Shown here: positions 52,360 through 64,000 of the stretch, in pieces
How positions within the stretch are numbered: position 1 is the stretch's first letter
Layout: each line of letters starts with the position of its first letter
Assembly (NCBI RefSeq): GCF_006345805.1
Contig: NC_043004.1
Location: 38,750,001 to 38,814,000, forward strand
Direction: 5' to 3'
DNA length: 64,000 nucleotides
Origin: Octopus sinensis
Lineage: Eukaryota
Notes under the pieces: generated by a model
Told to the model about the DNA's origin: nothing
The model's input: the letters and a program-made list of their open reading frames with translations, nothing else
Database searches by the model: none
Translations under genes and position numbers: made by a program

Positions 52360-52752
52360 ATTCTTTTATTCCTTTATTTGTTTCAGTCATTTGACTACGC
52401 TAATGCTGGAGCATCACATTTAGTCGAGCAAGTCGACTCCAGAGCTTATTCTTTGTAAACCTAGTACTTATTCTATAGGGATCTTTTGTCGAACCGCTAG
52501 CTTACGGGACGTAAACAAACCAGCATCGGTTGTAAAGCGATGTTGGCGGACATACACAGACACACAAACATATACACACACATACATACATACATATACG
52601 ACGGGCTTCTTCCAGTTTCCGTCTACCAAATCCACTCACAAGGCTTTAGTCAACCCGAGGCTATAGTAGAAGACATTCGTCCAAGGTGCCACGCAGTGGG
52701 ACTGAACCCAGGACCATGTGGTTGGTAAGCAAGCTACCTACCACACAGCCAC
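52360..52752 (-). mobile_element. SINE-A
   Basis: Collinear with 3749-4153. Confidence 0.85.
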
Positions 52753-53517
52753 GTTGTTGATGATAACATTGCCTCTTCGAAATATATTCAAACAGGCACA
52801 AAATTATCGACAGATATGCTGAGATTAACGAGAATGAAGCCCCTAGTCTCTTCTGGAGTAGTGTGGATTTAAAGAGGTATTTCGACTAGGGAAGACATGA
52901 GCGTTTAGCTTCCTCCTGGACCACATAAGGGCATCGGATTGGTAGGGCTTGAGATTGTGGGAACAAAATAAATTCTGCAACCATGGAGTGTAAAACAAAC
53001 AACAAATGAATATCGATATGTTTTTATCAGACATGGAAACTTGATTCAAGCGTAGTTTGTGTCGAAACACTAGATTTTGAAAGAAAAACTACATTTTGAG
53101 AATTCTCTAAATGATATCAAATAATTCAGGAGTGTGAATTATATCATTACTAAGGAGAAGTAAATTACTACGCGTGATTAAGCATTGGTATCGATATTAT
53201 ATTACATAAGAAATTCCACTTCTTATTTATATGATGGCCTGTTAATAATTAAATGCAGAATATATTAATGTGTATTCAGAAGAATGGCAAATAAAGCTAA
53301 ATGATTGAGTGGTTCTGTTTAGCGAACGGTATATGATTCTCGGCAGTTTCTCTTAGGCAATAGAAATATATAATGTCTACTGTATTTCAGCATCATTTTT
53401 TTTTTATCTAAACCAGAATTACACACTAACATACACAGACGCACACTTACGCAAACAACACATACACATGAATACAGACAATACTCGTTCGCACAAACAC
53501 ACACAAGCACATGACTG

Positions 53518-53563
<46 letters not shown>

Positions 53564-53990
53564 TGCATGTATAAATATATATGCTAATATTGAAAATGTA
53601 ACAGTTTGAGTCATACATTATGAAGTATTCAATATTCCTGCTCACATAATCTAATGAAAAGTTAAATTGTTCCTCTAAAATTAGTGAACCAATTTGCATT
53701 TTTTTCCTTTCTTATTGTTCGATATATAAGTCGGAACAGAACATGCATTCAAACCAATCATAAGCCCATAAGATAGTATTAAAACTATAGGGCTCGAAAT
53801 TAAAAATGAGAATATACTATAGGTACATTGTAAATACACCGGTAGGCACAGGAACATTATTTCTCCAAAACTGACTATATTCATTTATAAAGAAAAATAA
53901 GAAAACTACAGAATAAACACATGAAACTCTTGAACTTAAAGCGTACATATCAGTTGTTATTACTATGGTTATTATTATTGATGTTATTAT

Positions 53991-54560
53991 TAAGGCGGCG
54001 AGCTGGCAGAATCGTCCATCTTTACGTTCTGAGTTCAAATTCCACCGTGGTCCTCTTTGCCGTTCGTCCTTTTGGGGTCGATAAAATAAGTACCAGCTGA
54101 GCACTGGGATCGATGTAATCAACTATTCGCTCCCCAAACGTTTCTGGCCTTGTGCCTATAGTAGAAATGATTTTAGGCGGCGAGTTGGCAGAATCGTTAA
54201 CGCACTGGTATAAAAGCTTAGCAGTATTTCGCCCGTCGCTAGGTTTGCAGTTCAAATTTCGCCGAGATCTACTTTGCCTTTCATCCTTTCGGGAATGATA
54301 AATTAAGTACCAGTGAAAGTTTGAGGTCGATGTAACCGACCAGTCCCCTCCCCAAAAATTCCAGGCCTTGTCCCTATACTAGAAAGAATTATTAAGGCAG
54401 CGAGCTGGCAGAATTCTTAGCACGTCGCGCAAAATTTCTTAGCAGTATTTCCCCCGTCTACACTTATTTAGCTCAAATTCCGCCGAGGAATTTGGGTCGA
54501 TGTAATTGACTTAGATCCTCCCTCGAAATTACTAATCTTGTGACAAAATTTGAAACCAAT
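53991..54560 (+). mobile_element. Three head-to-tail SINE-B copies
   Basis: Heads AGGC(G/A)GCGAG(C/T)TGGCAGAAT at about 53992, 54174 and 54393, each joined to the previous tail. Confidence 0.85.
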
Positions 54561-55361
54561 ATTAAGTACTCTACACCGATTTGCACTAAATCTCGCACAT
54601 ATAATTTTATCTTCTCGTTAACTATATAGAAGTTAAACAATCACTTGAATGTTAAATGTGCCTTGCATCTCACACTTCGGTAACAATAGAGTAATATCAT
54701 CTATATATTCCCTTCATGTTGCCTTATGTACTATCATATTAACTGAAATTGATAATGATAGAATTCTTTTAATGGTCAACGCTACAGATATTTGCATCTC
54801 AGGCTACAACTTTTGGTAAGTCTGGTTCTAATTTTGCTTTACTCTGACTTGAAAATCAGCTTTGGTATTTTGTTGCAAATTTGAGTTTTATTACAGCGTT
54901 ATTTTTATGCTTACTTAAAGTAGTATACCTTGGTGTCGTCTCTAAGAATTCGTATTTAATCATTTCAACTTTACATGAGGTTTATTTCTGTCGTTGAACT
55001 TTCTCTCCTGGTAAATTTTTATCAATTAGCTAAGATTTTTTAGACTTTTAATCATTAACTACTGTATAATGAGCATGGTTTGGAATAACACTGTCAATTA
55101 TAAAACTACTACTCAGTTTATTTAGACGTCCTTCCGGTGCTAAGTAACTGATGAAACCAGTTTCAAGTTCAGTTTATCAAACCGGTGAGATCGGAAACAT
55201 TGCTTGATGTACTAGCATTAAAACATAAATAAATGAACCCGAATATGTCTCAATATACTAGTTAGAGTTTTATGTGACTGAAAACTTTAGATCAAACTAC
55301 TATCTTTCTAATATCGTGATAGCACTGATATAAAATTAGAAATATACGCCCGTCATATCCC

Positions 55362-55530
55362 CATCATCATCATTGTTCGACCGTGGTCGAGACAATGGAA
55401 TTCACCATGCTACGCCAGACTTCACGGTCCACCATAGCATTACAGAGGTCCTGTTGCTGGATGCCTGTATCCCTGGAGATTACATTAGGGTAGGAGAGTG
55501 TGCACCCTCTGGTATCGCGAGTAGATGGCT
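55362..55530 (-). mobile_element. RTE-clade LINE 3' end
   Basis: ISRDTGIQQQDLCNAMVDREVWRSMV...* followed by a (GAT)n tail. Confidence 0.75.
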
Positions 55531-57039
55531 TATCATCACTATAAACGTGTATAGCTAGAAGTAAAGATTTACAAAATATTGCCAGCTATATAGCCTCTCC
55601 GCCAGTGTTCCAATTATGCATTCAAGCATTCTGTAATATATGCAAATCCTATTACGTTATAATAAATATTTACAAACTATCAACATATTTCGAGCTTAAA
55701 GTAAATTTTAATCAATATTGTAATTTTACACTGTATTTATGAAGCAGATATCTAAAAATATTAACACGTTCATGTAATGATTGCTTGAAAACTTTGTTCC
55801 GAATATTTAATGCAATTGGTAATACAGCTATAGCTATAGTGTGATGAAAATCAGCAATAAATTATGAATAATGTAATAAATTTCAGTGAGAAGTAACAGT
55901 TCGTTGACTTTTACGTTACTGGCTTTTCTCAATTCATGCATTACATTATTGAACTGCATTAGCAAATTACTGTAACAAATCACTTAATTCCATTGTAATT
56001 ACCTTGCTTCCGTGATTTGTGCTACTAAAATTGCGCGTTGATATGAATAAAAGTAGTTAAGAATACGGCAAAACCAATTTCATTTATTTTGTAATAAATT
56101 ATTACTGACTGGACAAAAATATCTTTAATATAATTTCCAAGTAAAGCTAAAAATAGCTATGTATCAGAAAGTGGATCAAAGTTGAACTGTGCCGCTTTGG
56201 AAAAATAGTGTAAAATGACAAGCAGTGTGCTCCAGTGTGTGTCTGAACCCAATAGGATTCTACAAGGCATATACCTCAACCGATATGCAATCATCTCCAC
56301 TGCAAAAGGTAAGTACAATAGGCATAGGCAGACTGGACAACCTCCCGGTGTTCCTCACGGTCTAGGGCCCCAAATCTAATCTATGTATATTGTGAAAAGC
56401 CGTCAATAAAAACACTTTAGGCCCAGTGCAGCGATTTACGCGACAACGGAGAGAGGGGCTAAGATGGCCCCGCTTACGACTTTTTATTCAAATAGTTGAG
56501 ACTTACTTAACTCGGACATCATAAGATAGAAATTCTTTTTCGATATCACTCAGGTGCTTATGTCTGTCTCTCAGATTAAGAGCCAAAGAGGAAGCCTCTA
56601 CATGGTACCAGTTAGATCGCCCTCAAATCATACATTACCATAGTTAAAACTGTGGCGAGATTGTCACAGTTGGAGTAAATTTGAATAGTGTAGGTTTGCT
56701 CAACGCAGAATAACCAGGAAACAACAAAAATTTCACAGACGAGAAAAAAAAATCAGACTGCAAGTTGCACACATTGTGATCAGTCGTGTAACCAATGCAT
56801 ACTCTGTTTGCCGGATTATGTTTAAGCGGATATAAACAGCAAGAAAATAGAATTACCCTGTTGAAAATGGCTGGTGGAATTAAACAGCTTCAAGGATTTA
56901 TCATTATAATTGTATTGATGTGCAGCAAAATTACCACTATCGCTTCCACCACGACCACCACAAACATCACCAACACCGACTTCACTATCGTCATCGTCAT
57001 CATCATCCTCATCGTCATCATCATCATCATCATCATCAT

Positions 57040-58073
57040 CAAAGGAATATGAATATCTAAGTGAATTCCGAATACAACAAATTCCAGAATTAGACGTGCT
57101 AGAAACAAGCGCAGAAAAAGCTGAGCACATGAAAACCCGTGCTAAAACTGCTGCCTTAGATATTCTGACTGATAATTGGCAAGAAAAATCTCTCAGTGGC
57201 AAATACCCAAAGAGAGCGAATAGTGGCGATGTTGACATAACCCTTACCCATCAATGGCTTCTGACTTAAAATCAGAAACAGAAGGGCTTATCATAGCAGC
57301 CCAAGATTAATGCCTACCTACTAGGAACTACCGGGCCAACATATTAAAGAACGGCAGCACCCCAATATGTCGTGTATATCAACAACAAAATGAGACCATT
57401 GATCTTGTTGTCTCTATGTGCAGTTTCCTTGCGCCTACAGAGTATCTCAACAGGAATGACAGAGCTGCACAATATATTCACTGGGTAATTTGCAAAAACC
57501 TTGACTTGTCACATGATAAAAACTGGTGGGAACACAAACCACTCCCATTGCTTGAAAATGATCACATCTCAGTCTGGAACTTCACCATTCAAATTGACAG
57601 AAAGATAGATGCAAATAGGCTAGACATCATATTGAAAATCTTCAGGCAAAAATCATGCCTCCTCATTGATATGACTATCCCAATCGATATAAACGTATCT
57701 GTCAAGACCTACCAAAAACTGAGCAAGTAAGTATAAAGATCTTGAAAAAGAAATTAGCAAATGTGGAACCTGAAGACTAAAACAATACCTGTTGCCATAG
57801 GAGATAGCAAAAGGAGATAATTGCTACCTAGCGCAGATACCAGGAATCCCGAAAATGACAGAAATACAAAGATAGTACTCATGAGAACTGCCCATATCCT
57901 ACGTAAAAGACTGTCTATGTAATCCCAAATTTTAAAACAAACATAATTTTCTTATAGAATCGTAAACAGTCTCAAGAACAACACCAGCATGAACTTCTAA
58001 CTTGATGTCTCTTGAGGTCTTTGGGTGAGACTTGGAGCCAACAGGTATAAATGCAAAGCAAAAGTTAGACATA
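57040..58073 (+). mobile_element. R4/Dong-like non-LTR element, 5'-truncated and decayed (copy 1)
   Basis: Collinear with the 3' part of copy 2. It lies between (CAT)n and (TAA)n. Confidence 0.85.
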
Positions 58074-58083
58074 AAATAATAAA

Positions 58084-58114
<31 letters not shown>

Positions 58115-58149
58115 TAATAATAATATAATAATAATAATAATAATAATAA

Positions 58150-60157
58150 GTATGAGATCATGGAGAACCACACTAACTCTCGAACAGTGACAAGGAATCC
58201 CTAAATGCTGGTGATGTAAAAATTCGTGTGGCATTTTCCAGGGTGACTCACTGTCACACCACTCCTCTTTTGTTTATCCTTAATAATCTCTCTCAAAGCT
58301 GCTCAATGACGCGCAGTACGGGTATAAAATGTTTGATAAAAATATAAATCATCTCGTTTACATGGATGATTTAAAGCTTTTTGCAAAAAATGATCAACAA
58401 CTCAAGGGCTTACTAGCGATAGTCAAACAATTCAGTGACGACATCAGAATGCAATTCGGCCTCGATAAATGTGCAAAGGCTACCTTTATCAAAGGAAAAA
58501 TGACAGAAACATCTAACGTTAACCTGACCAACAGAATGTCATAAAAGAACTAGACCCAGCGGAGAGCTACAAGTACCTAGGGGTAATTGAAGGGAACGGA
58601 ATAAGGCATTCAGAGATGAAGGAAAGGATCAGGAGAGAATGCTATCGAAGAGTGAGAGCAATACTCAAGACAGAGCTGAATGCAAGAAACAGGATCGAAG
58701 CAATCAATGCATTAGCTATACCAGTCGTGATACAGTTTCAATATTGTTAACTGGTCAATTACTGAAATATGTCAGCTCGACAGAAAAATAAGGAAACTGT
58801 TGACAATGCATAGAATGCACCACCCTAAGGCAGATACAGAACGACTCTATCTGCCAAGAAAAGAGGGAGGCCGTGGTCTTTTGCAACTGGCAATAACAAT
58901 GAAGATTGCTACAATTGGCCTAGACACCTACCTGAAAAACTCTGAGGACTGGATGTTAAAACTTGTCTCAAAACATGAAAACAGAAAGCATCATACTCAG
59001 TCACAAAACAGGCAAAGGAATATCTAAGTGAATTCCGAATACAACCAATTTCGGAATTAGAGATAGACATACAAGAAACAAGCACAGAAAAAGCTAGGCG
59101 CATGAAAACCCGTGCCAAAACTGCGGCCTTAGATATTCTGATAATAAATGGCAAGAAAAACCTCTCTACGGCAAATACCCAAAGAGAGCGAATAATGCAG
59201 ATATCGACAAAGCCCTGACCCATCAATGGCTAATGGCCTCTGGCTTAAAATCTGAAACAGAGGGGTTTATCATAGCAGCTCAAGATCAATGCCTACCAAC
59301 AAGAAACTACAGGCCAACATATATTAAAGATCAGAAGCAGTCCACGTGTCGTGTATGCAAGCAACAAAATGAAACCATTGACTATGTGGTCTCCAAGTGC
59401 AGTCTTCTAGCGCCTACAGAGTATCTCAACAGGCACGATAGAGCTGCACAATATATTCACTGGGTAATCTGTAAAAACCTGGATTTGCCCCATGAAAAAA
59501 ACTGGTGGGAACACAAACCACCCCCAGTGCTTGAAAATGACCACATCTCACTCCTCTGGAACTTCACCATTCAAACTGACAGGAAGATAGATGCAAATAG
59601 GCCAGACATCATATTGAAAGACTTCAAACAAAGAACATGCCTGCTCATTGATATGACTGTCCCAATCGATATAAACGTATCTGTCAGGACCTACCAAAAA
59701 CTGAGCAAATATAAATATCTTGAAATAGAAATCAGCAAAATGTGGAAGCTGAAGACTAAAACAATACCTGTTGTCATAGGTGCCCTGGGAATGATAGCAA
59801 AAGGGGCTGATAGCTACCTAACTCAGATACCAGGAAACCCAAAAATGGCAGAAGTTCAAAAGATAGTGCTCATGGGAACTGCTCATATCCTACGCAAAAT
59901 ACTCTCTATGTAACTCAAGGTTTAAAACAACCATAATTTCGGTTTAAAGAGGAAGGGGAAAAAAAAAAAAAAAAAGAAAAAGAAAAAAACCTTTTTTTTT
60001 TTTTTTAAACATTCATTAGTACACAATCCCCACCCCCCAAATATATGGCACACTAGGCATAACAACAACATGAACTTCCAACCCTGTTGTCTCTTGAGGT
60101 CTCTGGGTGAGACTTGGAGCCAACTTGTACAAATATAAAGCAAAAGTCAAACATAGA
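58150..60157 (+). mobile_element. R4/Dong-like non-LTR element, 5'-truncated (copy 2): RT, CCHC and REL endonuclease
   Basis: GIFQGDSLS, HLVYMDDLKLF, CRVCKQQNETIDYVVSKC, RHD, RPDII, IDMTVP, KLSKY. ORF 59233-59913 is open. (TAA)n on both sides. Confidence 0.9.
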
Positions 60158-60172
60158 ATAATAATAATAATA

Positions 60173-60363
60173 ATTCTGTTGTGTCTGGGGAGAGTCATTC
60201 TCTTTTAGTGCCTTATTATTTAACACACTCACCGGTACAATTTCCACTTATTTCTTATTTTTATTTTCTAAAACTTTCGTTGCGTCTTGCAACCTTTTCA
60301 ATAGTCTTGAGTGTGTTAAATAAGGCACTAAAAGAGAATGACTCTCCCCAAACACAACAGAAT
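60173..60363. mobile_element. Fold-back element with 56-59-bp inverted arms and a hammerhead-like spacer
   Basis: Arms 60173-60231 and 60308-60363 differ by one substitution and a 3-nt indel. The spacer on the minus strand reads TTGAAAA-G-GTTGC(aagac)GCAAC-GAAA. Confidence 0.75.
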
Positions 60364-60439
60364 ATGCTTCAACACACGAACTCATATAAAGAATCTTGCA
60401 AACAAATCCAAAAACGAAAAATAATAATAATAATAATAA

Positions 60440-60488
<49 letters not shown>

Positions 60489-61072
60489 CATAATAATAAT
60501 AGAGGGGAGACAAAGAAAAAGATGAAGGAGGAGGAGGAAGATGATGAGGAGGAGAAGAGGGAGGAGTTGTTCTTGTCATTGTTGTCACTATTCTTGCTAC
60601 TGTTCTTGTCACCTTCCATTCATTTCTCCTTCTGTTAGGTTTCGAACCTCCGTTAGCACCTTAATCAGTAACACAGCAGCACTAACATCACCATTCTTAA
60701 AGCCAACTCTAACTTTACTACATGAAACTGCAAGAGCACTCTAGCAACACAATCAAAACTACTATTGCTATTACTACTACAATTACACCTACCATCACAA
60801 CTTACATCACACTTAAGGAATACTAACAGTTTCATCACAACCATTACAGACCTCACCTTGTAGAAAGACAACGAACATTATACTAACGATTCAATACTGC
60901 CAGCACCAGATCATTCAAATCACTAATATAGACAGCATTTCCATCAAGCAACCAATGAGTCAAGGAACCAAACACAAATCTTCCTAAGGCATTATTCCAA
61001 CTTACTTCAACTTGATTTAACATTTTATATTGCCAATGATTACATATTATATAATTATTGGTATTGTTATAT

Positions 61073-61119
<47 letters not shown>

Positions 61120-61506
61120 TATATAATATTCGTAATTCTCTTATTTGTTCTTCGCTGTTGTATTCATCGAGAAATTTTGCTTGTGTTCGTTTTTGGCCAA
61201 GACGATTTTTTGTTATTTATTTATAAATTCATCTCTTTTTGCTTTATGAATGGCTGTACGGTAGACATTAATTTCCGAGTATAGAGTCATTTGTCTCATT
61301 TTATGATTCGTTGCTGAAATATTTAACTAAGCACTGACACACACACACACACACAACACACACAGACATAGACGTAACTACGTATATACAAACATACATA
61401 TATACAAATGTGCATGTATGTATTTATATGTATGGATATCTAATATATATATATACACACACATAATCTCAAACACGCACACACATGCATATGTGTATAT
61501 ATATAT

Positions 61507-61541
<35 letters not shown>

Positions 61542-61560
61542 TGTGTGTGTGTGTGTATGT

Positions 61561-61614
<54 letters not shown>

Positions 61615-63350
61615 GCGTATGTGTGTATATAATATATTTATGTACATATATATATATATACATACATATGTATATACATATGTGTGTGTGTGTGTGTGTG
61701 TATATCAGGAGCAAAGCATAGCATTGATATGAGTAAATACGCACGGAAAATCACATACAATATAGAAGTTCAAGTCGTTAGATCGAGATTATGATGAGAA
61801 ATGCAATAAGATAGTATTCAGGTATGAAAAGTAGCCAATCAGTATTCGCAGTCCTCAACCTCTGAAGTGAACGCGAGGATGTAAAGAAATTGGTGATGGT
61901 CTCCGTCATTAGTAAATCGTCACCAGGGGAAATGGGTATATTTATTTGCAGTGAAAACCAAAAGAGATTTCAGGCCTTGCCTTACGTTTGAGAGTGAAGA
62001 ACAGAGAATGAAAAGCAAGGAGAGGAACACGTGGAAGGCAGAGAAAGTACTGTTTGGCTTTTAAGGCTAATCGTAAGTTATAGAGCCAATGTATAGCATT
62101 TTGGGTTTTTGTATTTGGTTTGCGAGATTCTTTATAGAACAGACCAAAAAGAAGTCATCGAAAATGTTGACGGTGGCAATAAAAGTATTTTCACAAGCCA
62201 AACGTTATTGACTCTTTAACTAAAAAATTAAGCACACGATCAAGTAGGTAATTAGATAGATATATAACCAATGACTAATAATAAAAGAGTGGAATTGATG
62301 CATTGAGGGCAATGTCAATATTGCCGTAATGACTCTCCCTAGACACAATATCATGTATAATAATTTTGAGAGAAATTTCAATGTAAGTTTTATTTTTCTA
62401 CTGCTTTTGACGATTTAAACCACACAATCAACGTAAAGCCTATACCATTTCTCTAAACACGTTTTAACGATCAGTCTCATTCTTCTCATTTCTCAGCGTA
62501 TCGTTATAGATAAGAGAAAGGTATTCAAAAATACCACTCCCAAAAAGACATTGAGGTCATGACAAAATGCTGTTTATCATAGCATTATGAGGGTATGGAC
62601 TTAACAACAAATCTCAATTTATATATCAATAGCATCAGTTTACTTTAGGTAGATGGCTGTATCGAGGGAAAATGCTAAATTCTGCTTGCTTACTCATGTA
62701 CATTGGTTACACAAAATCCTGTCGATATTGAGGATAACTGGAGTATTTCTGATGTCGCGCTTAGTGAAGCAGTGTCGCGGAAGATGTTAACATGTTATCA
62801 TACTCATCAGTTATCAGAAACAATACAAAAGTATTGTAACATGTCAGATACAACTAAACAATATAACAAGATAATGTTAGAAACAATATATTAAATTCTA
62901 ATTAGATAATTATAGAAGGGGAGTTTTCCTATGCTACAAATCAAATGCCTACTGAAAAATATTCATCAAGCTGATTTATGCATCATTTAAAAATGGCTGT
63001 GATATCTCGATCGTTACAATGGTACAATAATCCAAAATTATATGTTGATGTTCCAATATTCCTTTGAGCCTTCTAGTGCTAACATGCAGTAATGAATAAA
63101 CGTACGTAATCTCATCGAATATGGTTCAAATTAATCTAAATTTGCTCTCCTTCCAGGAGAATGGAATTGAAGAAAGAAAAGCAAACTTGAATTATGTGAA
63201 TCAAAAGTCGTTCAATCGAGAGAACAATGTACGTATTATATAGGCAACAGATTTTCTCATTGTGCATTCGTAATAATGTCAATGGCATTATGCAATGGAG
63301 ACCATAGAAAGAGGTGCAGCTGTGTATATGTGTGTGTATGTGTGTATGTA

Positions 63351-63506
63351 TAGGCGTAGGAGTGGCTGTGTGGTAAGTAGCTCGCTTACGAACCACATGT
63401 TTCCGGGTTCAGTCTCACTGTGTGGCATCTTGGGCAAGTGTGTTCGGATATAGCCTCGTGCCGACCAAAGCCTTGTGAGTGGATTTGGTAGACGGAAACT
63501 GAAAGA

Positions 63507-63541
<35 letters not shown>

Positions 63542-63760
63542 CGTGTTTGCGTGTCTGTGTTTGTCCCCCTAACATCGCTTGACAACCGATGGGGGTGTGT
63601 TTACTTCCCCGTAACTTAGCGGTTCGGCAAAAGAAACCGATAGAATAAGTACTAGACTTACAAAATAAGTCCTGGGGTCGATTTAGTCGACTAAAGGCAG
63701 TGCTCCAGCAGGGCCACAGTGAAATGACTAAAACAAGTAAAAGAGTAAAAGAGTAAGAGT
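63351..63760 (+). mobile_element. SINE-A, full length
   Basis: Collinear with the reverse complement of 3749-4153. Confidence 0.9.
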
Positions 63761-63770
63761 ATGTATGTAA

Positions 63771-63813
<43 letters not shown>

Positions 63814-64000
63814 CATATATATACACACATGCACGCTCACATGAGAAATTAGATAGAAATCGCATGTAGAAAAAGGAAAATTAGCAAAATGTTCGCTTCT
63901 CGAAACGAAGTTTTGTTTCATTTTTCTTTCTTCGTCTTGCAACCTATTGCTATCTTACATTCACTAAAATGAAAATTAAATACTACATAATGATATAGAA

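Noticed and set aside
56257-56315. Plus-strand 53-bp exon candidate with AAG|GTAAGT
   Set aside because: Weak acceptor, all frames uninformative, and no partner exon found.

Overview
AT-rich, microsatellite-dense eukaryotic DNA, inferred to be coleoid cephalopod (Octopus-like) from the SINE families and the (TA)n/(CA)n density. It is mostly intronic or intergenic. Nearly all ORF-track entries are microsatellite or SINE artefacts. One host gene is supported on the minus strand (coding exons 2548-2895 and 405-498, continuing towards or past the left edge). It encodes a predicted type II membrane protein whose cytoplasmic tail has an ITAM-spaced YxxL-x7-YxxL made by a 33-bp duplication. Possible non-coding upstream exons lie at about 19.0-19.3 kb and 29.3 kb. 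The rest is a layered transposon landscape: several tRNA-derived SINE families (about 25 copies), MITEs, mariner DD34D, maT DD37D and pogo remnants, CR1, RTE, Penelope-like and R4/Dong-like fragments. The most unusual items are: (i) a TSD-flanked 2.2-kb retroelement with only a gag-like ORF1 and no EN/RT, inserted in a SINE tRNA head; (ii) a full-length U6 copy fused directly to the 5' end of a SINE; (iii) minimal hammerhead-ribozyme-like motifs in short elements next to (TA)n or (TAA)n tracts, several with fold-back palindromes. SINE-A/B/C/D are working labels used only here. Boundaries of diverged repeats are approximate (about +/-20 bp), and no database searches were possible.
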